Shown: piece after piece, positions 9,714 to 16,927 of the stretch
Layout of the letters: each line of letters opens with the position of its first letter
How positions within the stretch are numbered: position 1 is the stretch's first letter
Origin: Cryptosporangium sp. NPDC051539
Lineage (GTDB): Bacteria; Actinomycetota; Actinomycetes; Mycobacteriales; Cryptosporangiaceae
NCBI RefSeq assembly: GCF_044454545.1
Contig: NZ_JBITDV010000002.1
Span: 723,140 to 755,139 of the forward strand
DNA length: 32,000 nt
Direction of reading: 5' to 3'
Made by a program: the position numbers and the translations under genes
Notes under the pieces: model-generated
Databases searched by the model: none
Told to the model about the DNA's origin: nothing
The model's input: only the letters and a program-made list of their open reading frames with translations

Positions 9714-10813
9714 AATTCGCCGGGATCGTGTTGCGACGGATCGTGATGCCGCTGGTGGCGCCGTTCCGGACGTCGTTCGGCGTCGAGACGACCCGCGACG
9801 TCCTGCTCGTGGGCGCGGTGGCCGAGGACGCCGAGGGCTGGGGCGAATGCGTGGCGATGACGAGCCCGCGCTACTCGTCCGAGTACGTCGACGCGGCGGC
9901 GGACGTGCTGCGCCGGTTCTTCGTGCCCGCGGTGCTGTCCGGCCCGGTCTCGGCGGTCTCGGTGGCGGAGTCGCTCGCGCCGTTCAAGGGGCACCAGATG
10001 GCCAGGGCGGCGCTCGAGACGGCGATCCTGGACGCCGAGCTGCGTGCGTCGGGCCGGTCGTTCGGGCGGGAGCTCGGAGCGGTGCGCTCGCGGGTGCCGT
10101 GCGGGGTCTCGGTCGGCATCATGGACAGCATCCCGCAGCTGCTCGACGCCGTCGGCGGCTACCTCGACGAGGGTTACGTCCGCATCAAGCTCAAGATCGA
10201 ACCGGGCTGGGACGTCGAGCCGGTCCGGGCCGTCCGGGAGCGCTACGGCGACGACGTGCTGCTCCAGGTGGACGCGAACACGGCCTACACGCTGGGCGAC
10301 GCCAGGCACCTGGCCCGGCTCGACCCGTTCGACCTGCTGCTGATCGAGCAGCCGCTCGACGAGGACGACCTCCTCGGGCACGCGGCGCTGGCCCGGCAGA
10401 TCCGCACCCCGGTGTGCCTGGACGAATCGATCACGTCGGCCAGGGCCGCCGCGGCCGCGATCCGCCTGGACGCCTGCCAGATCGTCAACATCAAGCCGGG
10501 ACGGGTCGGCGGCTACCTCGAAGCGCGCCGGATCCACGACGTCTGCGTGGCGCACGGCGTCCCGGTCTGGTGCGGCGGGATGCTGGAAACCGGGCTCGGC
10601 CGGGCCGCCAACGTGGCGCTCGCGGCGCTGCCCGGGTTCACGCTGCCCGGCGACACCTCGGGATCGGGGCGTTACTACGCCGCCGACATCACCGAGCCGT
10701 TCGTCCTCCGCGACGGTCACCTCGACGTGCCGGTCGGGCCCGGACTAGGGGTGACGCCGATTCCGGACCGGCTCGACGAGGTGACGGTTTCGACCGAGTG
10801 GCTCCCGGCGTGA
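9710..10813 (+). CDS. Enolase-superfamily N-succinyl/N-acylamino-acid racemase / o-succinylbenzoate synthase family protein
   Basis: The sequence VKFAGIVLRRIVMPLVAPFRTSFG...GYVRIKLKIEPGWDVEPVRAVRERYGDDVLLQVDANTAYTL...LLLIEQPL...VCLDES...IVNIKPGRVGG is nearly collinear with the Amycolatopsis N-acylamino-acid racemase as I remember it. KxK, D/E/D metal ligands and the second catalytic K are present. GTGA overlap at 9710. Confidence 0.9.
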   Translation: MKFAGIVLRRIVMPLVAPFRTSFGVETTRDVLLVGAVAEDAEGWGECVAMTSPRYSSEYVDAAADVLRRFFVPAVLSGPVSAVSVAESLAPFKGHQMARAALETAILDAELRASGRSFGRELGAVRSRVPCGVSVGIMDSIPQLLDAVGGYLDEGYVRIKLKIEPGWDVEPVRAVRERYGDDVLLQVDANTAYTLGDARHLARLDPFDLLLIEQPLDEDDLLGHAALARQIRTPVCLDESITSARAAAAAIRLDACQIVNIKPGRVGGYLEARRIHDVCVAHGVPVWCGGMLETGLGRAANVALAALPGFTLPGDTSGSGRYYAADITEPFVLRDGHLDVPVGPGLGVTPIPDRLDEVTVSTEWLPA

Positions 10814-10828
10814 CGTTACGGTGAGCCG

Positions 10829-12445
10829 GTGCGGGTGAGGCCTCGTGTGAACCTCGGGCGCGTCGTCGACGACCTCGGCGTGACGCTGCTCGAACACGCC
10901 CACGGGGACGTCGACCGGCCCGACGAGATCAGCGCGGTAGTTTTCCACGACCCGTCCGACCAGCCGGTGCTGCCCGCGCACGCGCTGGTGCTGGGCATCG
11001 GGGTGGACGACCCGGGTGCGCTGGCCGCGCTCCTCGTCGCGCTCGGGCAGCAGAACGCCGCCGCGCTCGTCGTCCGGGCGCCGGTGCCGCTCACCGACGA
11101 GGTGCGGGCCGCGGTCGACTCGGCCGGGGTCGCCGTGCTCGGGCTGCGCCGGGGCGCCACCTGGAACCACCTCAGCGACCTGCTGCGCTCGCTGCTCGCC
11201 CCGGGCGCCGATGCCGGACCGGCCGACGAGACGCTGCTCGGCGGGCTGCCCGCCGGTGACCTCTTCGCGGTCGCCAACGCGATCGCGTCGCTGCTGGACG
11301 CGCCGGTCACGATCGAGGACCGCAACTCCCGGGTGCTGGCCTTCTCCGGACGGCAGGACGAGGCCGATTCGTCCCGGGTCGACACGATCCTGGGCCGGCA
11401 GGTGCCCGAGAGCTACGCGCGAGTCCTGCACGAGCGGGGGGTGTTCCGGGAGCTGCTCCGCGGCGACCGGCCGATCTTCATCGAGCCGATCCCCGACCGG
11501 ATCAACGGTTTCCTCAAGCCGCGCGTCGCGATCCGGGTGCGCGCGGGCGACGAGGTGCTCGGGTCGATCTGGGCCGCGGTGCCCGGGCCGCTGAGCGACG
11601 AGCGCAGCGCGGCGTTGGGCGAGGCGGCCAACCTGGTCGCCCTGCACATGCTGCGGGTCCGGGCCGGTGCCGACGTGCAGCGGCGGATGCGGGCCGATCT
11701 GCTGAACGCTGCGCTGGGGGGCGGCGCGGGCGCACACGAGGCCCTCGAGCGGCTCGGCCTGTCGAGCCAGCCGCTGCTGGTGCTCGGGGTCGCGCTCGAC
11801 GAACGCGCCGATGCCGACAGTGCGAGCGTGATCCAGGACCGGCAGGGACTCAGCGACGCGTTCGCGCTGCACCTGCACGCGGTGCACCCGCGGGCCGTCG
11901 CCGCGGCGATCGGCGCGGTCACCTACGGCCTGCTGCCGCTGACCGGCACTCCCGACCGGGCGGTGCGGATCCTCCAGGGGTTCCAGGACCGGCTGGGTGG
12001 CCGGCTCCCGTCGATCGCCGCCGTGGGGCCGGTGGCGCGGGGGCTGTCGGACGTCGCCCGCAGCCGCACCAGCGTCGACCGGGTGCTGCGGGTGCTGCGC
12101 GACGGGCGTCCGCACCGGCGGATCGGCCGCTTCGACGAGCTCCAGGGCGAAGCACTGGTCTCCGAGCTGCGGGACCTCGCCGCGGCGCGCGGCGAGAAAC
12201 CGGCCGGGGCGCTGGCCCGCCTGGTGGAGTACGACGTCCTGCACCGCGGCAACCTCGTGCAGACGCTGCGCGCCTGGCTGGACGCTTTCGGCGACGCGGT
12301 GCTGGCCGCCGAGTCGATCGGCGTCCACCAGAACACGTTCCGGTACCGGTTGCGACGCGTTTCCGACGTCGGGCAGTGCGATCTCGGCGACCCCGACCAG
12401 CGGTTCGGACTCATGGTGCAGCTGCGGGCGCTCCGCCCGGAGTAG
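10829..12445 (+). CDS. PucR family transcriptional regulator
   Basis: N-terminal PucR-like sensor region and C-terminal HTH (GVHQNTFRYRLRRV). It starts 15 nt after the racemase stop. The start could instead be the in-frame GTG at 10847. Confidence 0.8.
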   Translation: MRVRPRVNLGRVVDDLGVTLLEHAHGDVDRPDEISAVVFHDPSDQPVLPAHALVLGIGVDDPGALAALLVALGQQNAAALVVRAPVPLTDEVRAAVDSAGVAVLGLRRGATWNHLSDLLRSLLAPGADAGPADETLLGGLPAGDLFAVANAIASLLDAPVTIEDRNSRVLAFSGRQDEADSSRVDTILGRQVPESYARVLHERGVFRELLRGDRPIFIEPIPDRINGFLKPRVAIRVRAGDEVLGSIWAAVPGPLSDERSAALGEAANLVALHMLRVRAGADVQRRMRADLLNAALGGGAGAHEALERLGLSSQPLLVLGVALDERADADSASVIQDRQGLSDAFALHLHAVHPRAVAAAIGAVTYGLLPLTGTPDRAVRILQGFQDRLGGRLPSIAAVGPVARGLSDVARSRTSVDRVLRVLRDGRPHRRIGRFDELQGEALVSELRDLAAARGEKPAGALARLVEYDVLHRGNLVQTLRAWLDAFGDAVLAAESIGVHQNTFRYRLRRVSDVGQCDLGDPDQRFGLMVQLRALRPE

Positions 12446-12472
12446 CCGGCTCCTCACCCTCGGCAGGACCGT

Positions 12473-12494
12473 CCATACGCCGACGATAGGCACC
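12473..12494 (+). promoter_or_regulatory. Candidate VanR box upstream of vanR. Tandem heptamers CCATACG and CGATAGG with 11-bp periodicity.
   Basis: CCATACGCCGACGATAGGCACC ends 19 nt before ATG 12514. It is 17/22 identical to nt 16904-16925 upstream of vanH. TACGTT (12501-12506) is a possible -10 element that would give a leaderless or very short-leader vanR mRNA. Confidence 0.4.
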
Positions 12495-12513
12495 TGCTCG
12501 TACGTTGGAGAGC

Positions 12514-13185
12514 ATGCGTGTACTGGTCGTCGAGGACGAGCCCTACATGGCCGAGGCGATCCGGGACGGGCTGCGGCTCGAAGCGATCGCCGCCGACCTC
12601 GCCGGCGACGGCGACACCGCGCTCGAGTTGCTGGGCATCAACACGTACGACATCGCCGTCCTCGACCGGGACGTCCCCGGGCCGTCCGGCGACGAGATCG
12701 CCGCCCGCATCGTCGCGTCCGGCAGTGGCATGCCGATCCTGATGCTCACCGCCGCCGACCGGCTGGACGACAAGACCTCCGGCTTCGAGCTCGGCGCCGA
12801 CGACTACCTCACCAAGCCGTTCGCGCTGCGGGAGCTCGTGCTCCGGCTCCGTGCGCTCGACCGCAGGCGCGCCCACAGCCGACCGCCGGTGCGCGAGATC
12901 GCCGGCCTGCGGCTGGACCCGTTCCGCCGCGAGGTCTATCGCGACGGCCGCTACGTCGCGCTCACCCGCAAGCAGTTCGCCGTGCTCGAGGTCCTCGTCG
13001 CGGCCGAGGGCGGGGTGATCAGCGCCGAGGAACTCCTGGAACGGGCCTGGGACGCCCACACCGACCCCTTCACCAACGCCGTCCGCATCACGGTCTCCGC
13101 CCTGCGCAAACGGCTCGGCGAGCCCGGGCTGATCGCCACCGTCCCCGGCGTCGGCTACCGCATCGAGGGTCAGCAGCGTGAGTAG
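12514..13185 (+). CDS. vanR: OmpR-family response regulator VanR
   Basis: MRVLVVEDEPYMAEAIRDGLRLEAIAADLAGDGDTALELL... closely resembles Streptomyces coelicolor VanR as I remember it. It has receiver plus winged-helix domains and lies next to vanS and vanHAX. The ORF track starts at TTG 12505, but ATG 12514 preceded by GGAGAG is preferred. Confidence 0.9.
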   Translation: MRVLVVEDEPYMAEAIRDGLRLEAIAADLAGDGDTALELLGINTYDIAVLDRDVPGPSGDEIAARIVASGSGMPILMLTAADRLDDKTSGFELGADDYLTKPFALRELVLRLRALDRRRAHSRPPVREIAGLRLDPFRREVYRDGRYVALTRKQFAVLEVLVAAEGGVISAEELLERAWDAHTDPFTNAVRITVSALRKRLGEPGLIATVPGVGYRIEGQQRE

Positions 13186-14305
13186 ACCGGCCGGGTTGAG
13201 CGTCCGGCTGCGGCTCACGCTCAGCTACGCCGGTTTCCTGATGCTGGCCGGCGTCCTGCTGCTCGCGGTCGTCTGGGTGTTCCTCCTGCGTTACGTCCCC
13301 GACCCGCCGCGCGACCTGCCGTTTCCCGGTATCCGCATCATCGGCCCCAGCCGTCACGACCTCCTGGTCGCGTTCGCTCCCCGGGCAGCCGAGATGCTGG
13401 CCTTCCTGCTGGTGTTCGGTCTGCTCGGAGGCTGGTTCCTGGCCGGCCGCATGCTCGCTCCGCTGTCCCGGATCACGGACGCGACGCACCGGGCCGCGAC
13501 CGGATCCTTGTCGCACCGGATCGCGCTGGAAGGACGGCACGACGAGTTCCGCGAACTCGCCGACAACTTCGACGCGATGCTCGCCCGGCTCGAGGCCCAC
13601 GTCGCCGGGCAGCAGCGGTTCGCGGCCAACGCGTCGCACGAGTTGCGTACTCCGCTGGCGATCACCCGGACGCTGCTCGACGTCGCCCGCGACGACCCCG
13701 GCCGCGACGACCACGAGCTCGACGACCGTCTCCGGGCCGTCAACGCCAGGGCGATCGAGCTCACCGAGGCGCTGCTCCTGCTCAGCCGGGCCGACCAGCG
13801 CTCGTTCGAACCCGAGCGGGTCGACCTGTCGCTGGTCGCGGAGGAAGCCACCGAGACGCTTCTTCCGCTGGCCGAGAAACACGGCGTCGCGATCGAGACC
13901 GGCGGGGACGTCACGCTCGCCGTCGGCTCGCACGCACTCCTCCTGCAGCTGACGACGAACCTCCTGCACAACGCGATCGTCCACAACCTGCCGGAGCACG
14001 GCACCGTGCGGGTCACCACCACGATCGGCCCGGACGCGGCCGTGCTCGCGGTCGAGAACACCGGCGAGACGCTCGATCCCGGGCTGATCCCGACGCTCAC
14101 CGAGCCGTTCCAGCGCGGCACCCAGCGCGTCCGCAGCGACCAGGCCGGTGTCGGGCTCGGCCTGGCGATCGTCCGGAGCATCACCCAGGCCCACGACGGA
14201 CTCCTCACGCTCACCCCGCGGACGGGCGGCGGACTCTGCGTCGAGGTGCGGCTGCCGGTCACCCCGCTGCACTGGCGCGACTACGTGATGGGGAAGTCGA
14301 AATAG
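13178..14305 (+). CDS. vanS: Sensor histidine kinase VanS
   Basis: Two N-terminal TM segments with a short loop, a HAMP domain, an H-box SHELRTPL, and N/G boxes (LLHNAIVHN, GVGLGLAIV). GTG 13178 overlaps the vanR stop by 8 nt. The N-terminus (GLSVRLRLTLSYAGFL) resembles actinomycete VanS. Confidence 0.88.
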   Translation: MSRPAGLSVRLRLTLSYAGFLMLAGVLLLAVVWVFLLRYVPDPPRDLPFPGIRIIGPSRHDLLVAFAPRAAEMLAFLLVFGLLGGWFLAGRMLAPLSRITDATHRAATGSLSHRIALEGRHDEFRELADNFDAMLARLEAHVAGQQRFAANASHELRTPLAITRTLLDVARDDPGRDDHELDDRLRAVNARAIELTEALLLLSRADQRSFEPERVDLSLVAEEATETLLPLAEKHGVAIETGGDVTLAVGSHALLLQLTTNLLHNAIVHNLPEHGTVRVTTTIGPDAAVLAVENTGETLDPGLIPTLTEPFQRGTQRVRSDQAGVGLGLAIVRSITQAHDGLLTLTPRTGGGLCVEVRLPVTPLHWRDYVMGKSK

Positions 14306-14889
14306 GTGTGGGGATACGGTTCGTCCCTCAACGTGTAGTGCCACCACTCGCACGCGTAGGGGCTGAACCCGGCACGTTCCATGAACGAACACAGGTGATC
14401 GCGGTTGATCGCCGCCTCCGGAGCGATGCCCTCCGCCCCGTGATGCGAGACCGCGTCCATCAGGTCGTGGTCACCGCCCATCGGCGCGAGTTCGCCGGTC
14501 GCCAGGCAATAGAGCGTCAGGTCGACCGTGCTGCCCCGGCTGTGGCCGGACTTCGCGGCCACGTAACCCTGCGCGAACATCGCGGCGCGATCGATGTTCG
14601 GGTAGTGGCGGCGTTTCGTCCGGCCGTCCTCCGGCTGCTCCGCCCAGCGCCGGAAACCGTCGACGGCGCGCTGCGGGCGATAGCCGTCCCAGAGCAGCAG
14701 GCCGAAACCGGCGGACTCGGCCAGTTCGCGCGCCCGCTCCAGGGCCGCGCACAACGCCTGCGTGCCGACGATACGATTGGCCCGGTATCCCTCCAGCGGT
14801 TTGCCGGTGAAGTTGTCCCAGGTGGCGTATTTCGAATCCCAGCGGATTCCGCCGACGTGCTCGTCCACGAAGACGAAGCCGTCGTTCAT
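14281..14889 (-). CDS. vanX: D-Ala-D-Ala dipeptidase VanX
   Basis: MNDGFVFVDEH...WDGYRPQRAV...SGHSRGSTVDLTL...EWWHYTL carries the VanX zinc-ligand and catalytic motifs (SxHxxGxAxD-type and the Glu of EWWH), at 202 aa. ATGA overlap with the vanA stop at 14886-14889. Confidence 0.93.
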   Translation of the reverse strand: MNDGFVFVDEHVGGIRWDSKYATWDNFTGKPLEGYRANRIVGTQALCAALERARELAESAGFGLLLWDGYRPQRAVDGFRRWAEQPEDGRTKRRHYPNIDRAAMFAQGYVAAKSGHSRGSTVDLTLYCLATGELAPMGGDHDLMDAVSHHGAEGIAPEAAINRDHLCSFMERAGFSPYACEWWHYTLRDEPYPHTYFDFPIT

Positions 14890-15914
14890 CGGAGCTTCCC
14901 CGTCAGCGCCAGTGTCACCAGCAGATCGATCACCTCGGACAGGGGCAGCCCGGCCGCCGCCATCATCCGCGGATAGCGGCTGTACGAGGTCATCCCGGGT
15001 AACGTGTTGACCTCGTTGAGCATCACCGACCCGTCCTCGAGCAGGAACAGGTCCACCCGCGACAGTCCCCGGCATCCCAGCGCGCGATGGAGGGTCCGAG
15101 CGGTCTCCTGGACGAGCGAGCGCGCCTCGGAACCGATGTCGGCCGGCACGACGAACGTCGAGTTCTCGGACCCGGTTTCCGGCGAGCCCTCTTGATGGAT
15201 CCGGAAGAAGCCGTGGGAGAGTGCGACGCGGTCGATCTCTCCGACGATCAGGTCCAGGTCGTTCCCCAGCACCGCGCAGCCGACCTCACTGCCGACGACG
15301 GCCTCCTCGATCAACACCTTCGTGTCGTACTGCCGTGCGGTTTCCACCGCCGTCGTCAGATCGTCCGTCCCGGTCACCTTGCTGACGCCGAACGAGGACC
15401 CGGACCGGGCCGGCTTCACGAACACCGGGTACGTGAACGACTCGGCGTCGACGCCGTCGGCCGCCGTCACGATCCGGAAGCCCGGCGTGGCGATTCCCGC
15501 GCTCCGGGCGACCAGGTAGGTCAGCGACTTGTCCATGCACAGCGCGGAACTCGGGACGTCGCAGCCGACGTAGGGGACGCCGGAGAGCTCGAACAGGCCC
15601 TGCATCGCCCCGTCCTCGCCGGACCGGCCGTGCAGGACGGGCAGCAGCACGTCGAGCCGAATCGTCTCGTACTTCCCCTGGTCCAGTACGAGCAGCCCGT
15701 GGACGCCCGGGTCGGGCGACAACATCGCCGGGCGGCCGGCCGACAGGTCGGGACCGTCGCAGAGTCTCCAGGCCCCGTCCGTCGTGATGCCGACGTAGAA
15801 CGGCTCGTACTTCCCGGCGTCGAGGTGGCCGGCGATCTCGCGGGCCGACTTGATCGAGACGGGATGCTCCTCGGACGCGCCACCGAAGAAAATTCCGATC
15901 TTCACCCTATCCAT
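14886..15914 (-). CDS. vanA: VanA/VanB-type D-alanine-(R)-lactate ligase
   Basis: MDRVKIGIFFGGASEEHPVSIKSAREIA...KYEPFYVGIT...LNEVNTLPGMTSYSRYPRMMAAAGL aligns along its full length with enterococcal VanA and actinomycete DdlM/DdlN as I remember them. It is flanked by vanH and vanX. Confidence 0.93.
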   Translation of the reverse strand: MDRVKIGIFFGGASEEHPVSIKSAREIAGHLDAGKYEPFYVGITTDGAWRLCDGPDLSAGRPAMLSPDPGVHGLLVLDQGKYETIRLDVLLPVLHGRSGEDGAMQGLFELSGVPYVGCDVPSSALCMDKSLTYLVARSAGIATPGFRIVTAADGVDAESFTYPVFVKPARSGSSFGVSKVTGTDDLTTAVETARQYDTKVLIEEAVVGSEVGCAVLGNDLDLIVGEIDRVALSHGFFRIHQEGSPETGSENSTFVVPADIGSEARSLVQETARTLHRALGCRGLSRVDLFLLEDGSVMLNEVNTLPGMTSYSRYPRMMAAAGLPLSEVIDLLVTLALTGKLR

Positions 15915-16857
15915 GCCGTTTCCCGTTCTCGAATTCCACGCAGTTGAGGAGACTGTTCTCCACGGTGTCGCGCAGGCTGTGGTCGGTGTAATAGGCGGTG
16001 TGCGGAGTCACCACCACGTTCGGCATTTCCTGTAACCGCAGCAAAGGCTTGTTGTCGAGCGGCGTCGTGCGGCAGTCGGCGTAAAAGATTCCTTCCTCGC
16101 CTTCGACGACGTCCAGGGCCGCCCCGCTCAATCGGCCGCTGTCGAGTGCGGCCACCAGCGCCTCGGTGTCGACGAGCCCGCCGCGTCCGGTATTGACGAG
16201 AAACGCGCCGGGCTTCATCACGGCGACGCGCCGTCGGTTCAGCAGGTGGTGGGTTTCCGCGGTGAGCGGCAGATGGAGCGTGACGACGTCGCTGTGCCGG
16301 AGCAGTTCCGCCAGCGGGACCGGGTCCGCGGCCTCCTTGTCGTAGGTCAGGATCCGGCTCCCGAAGCCCCGCAACCGGTCGATCACCGCGCGGCCGATCC
16401 GCCCGGTGCCCACGACCCCGACGGTCAGGTCACGCAGCTCTTTCCCGCGTGTCTCGTTCAGCCGGTAGTCGTGCACCTCCGCGCGACGGACGAGGGAGCC
16501 GGCGCCCCGCAGAGCCATCAGCATCAGCATCAGCGTGTAGTCGGCCACGCTGTCCGGCGAATAGGCCACGGTGCCGACACGCATTCCGAGGCCGGCCGCG
16601 TAGGCCACGTCGAGGTGGTCGTCGCCGATGCTCCGGGTCGACACGTACTCCACACCGGCCCGGCCGAGCGCCCGCAGGGTGGCATTCGTGATCGGTGTCT
16701 TGTGGCCGACGCTGACGCATCGGCCTCCGGATGCCAGCTCGCTATTCGCGTCGGAAACCGGTGCCTCGACGATTGTCGCCGACACGTCGAAGCGGGGCGC
16801 CATTTCCCGGAACGCCGCTGCCTCGTCCGGCTCGCATCCGTAGATCGTTATCCGCAT
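15907..16857 (-). CDS. vanH: VanH D-specific 2-hydroxyacid (D-lactate) dehydrogenase
   Basis: MRITIYGCEPDEAAAFREMAPRFDV...VGHK...YSPDSVADYTLMLMLMALRG is the VanH pattern, with NAD-binding GVVGTGRIG. The stop overlaps the vanA start by 8 nt. ATG 16857 preceded by GGGGG is preferred over the TTG at 16869 used by the ORF track. Confidence 0.9.
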   Translation of the reverse strand: MRITIYGCEPDEAAAFREMAPRFDVSATIVEAPVSDANSELASGGRCVSVGHKTPITNATLRALGRAGVEYVSTRSIGDDHLDVAYAAGLGMRVGTVAYSPDSVADYTLMLMLMALRGAGSLVRRAEVHDYRLNETRGKELRDLTVGVVGTGRIGRAVIDRLRGFGSRILTYDKEAADPVPLAELLRHSDVVTLHLPLTAETHHLLNRRRVAVMKPGAFLVNTGRGGLVDTEALVAALDSGRLSGAALDVVEGEEGIFYADCRTTPLDNKPLLRLQEMPNVVVTPHTAYYTDHSLRDTVENSLLNCVEFENGKRHG

Positions 16858-16903
16858 GCCCCCAGTCAAGGGTCCGCGGTGTTGTCAGCCCGTACGCAAT
16901 TCT

Positions 16904-16925
16904 CGATACGCGAGCGATAGGCGCC
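16904..16925 (-). promoter_or_regulatory. Candidate VanR box upstream of vanH. Tandem heptamers CGATACG and CGATAGG (as read on + strand) with 11-bp periodicity.
   Basis: CGATACGCGAGCGATAGGCGCC lies 47-68 nt upstream of the vanH ATG and is 17/22 identical to nt 12473-12494. A CGTACG palindrome lies on the gene-proximal side of both boxes (12499-12504 and 16891-16896). Confidence 0.4.
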
Positions 16926-16927
16926 CG

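Noticed and set aside
9710-10813. Annotating the enolase-superfamily gene as menaquinone o-succinylbenzoate synthase (menC)
   Set aside because: No men genes are nearby, and the gene is tightly coupled to GNAT and M20 genes, which favours an NSAR role. OSBS activity cannot be excluded from sequence alone, so no menC symbol is assigned.
10745-12493. 582-aa minus-strand ORF antisense to the PucR regulator
   Set aside because: It shows no motifs and has extreme Arg/Pro/Gly/Asp/Glu composition. The plus-strand frame has a clear PucR HTH and N-terminal domain.
14890-15075. 62-codon upstream extension of vanX in the ORF track
   Set aside because: It lies inside vanA in another frame. VanX homologues start at MNDGF..., and the ATG at 14889 forms the ATGA junction with the vanA stop.
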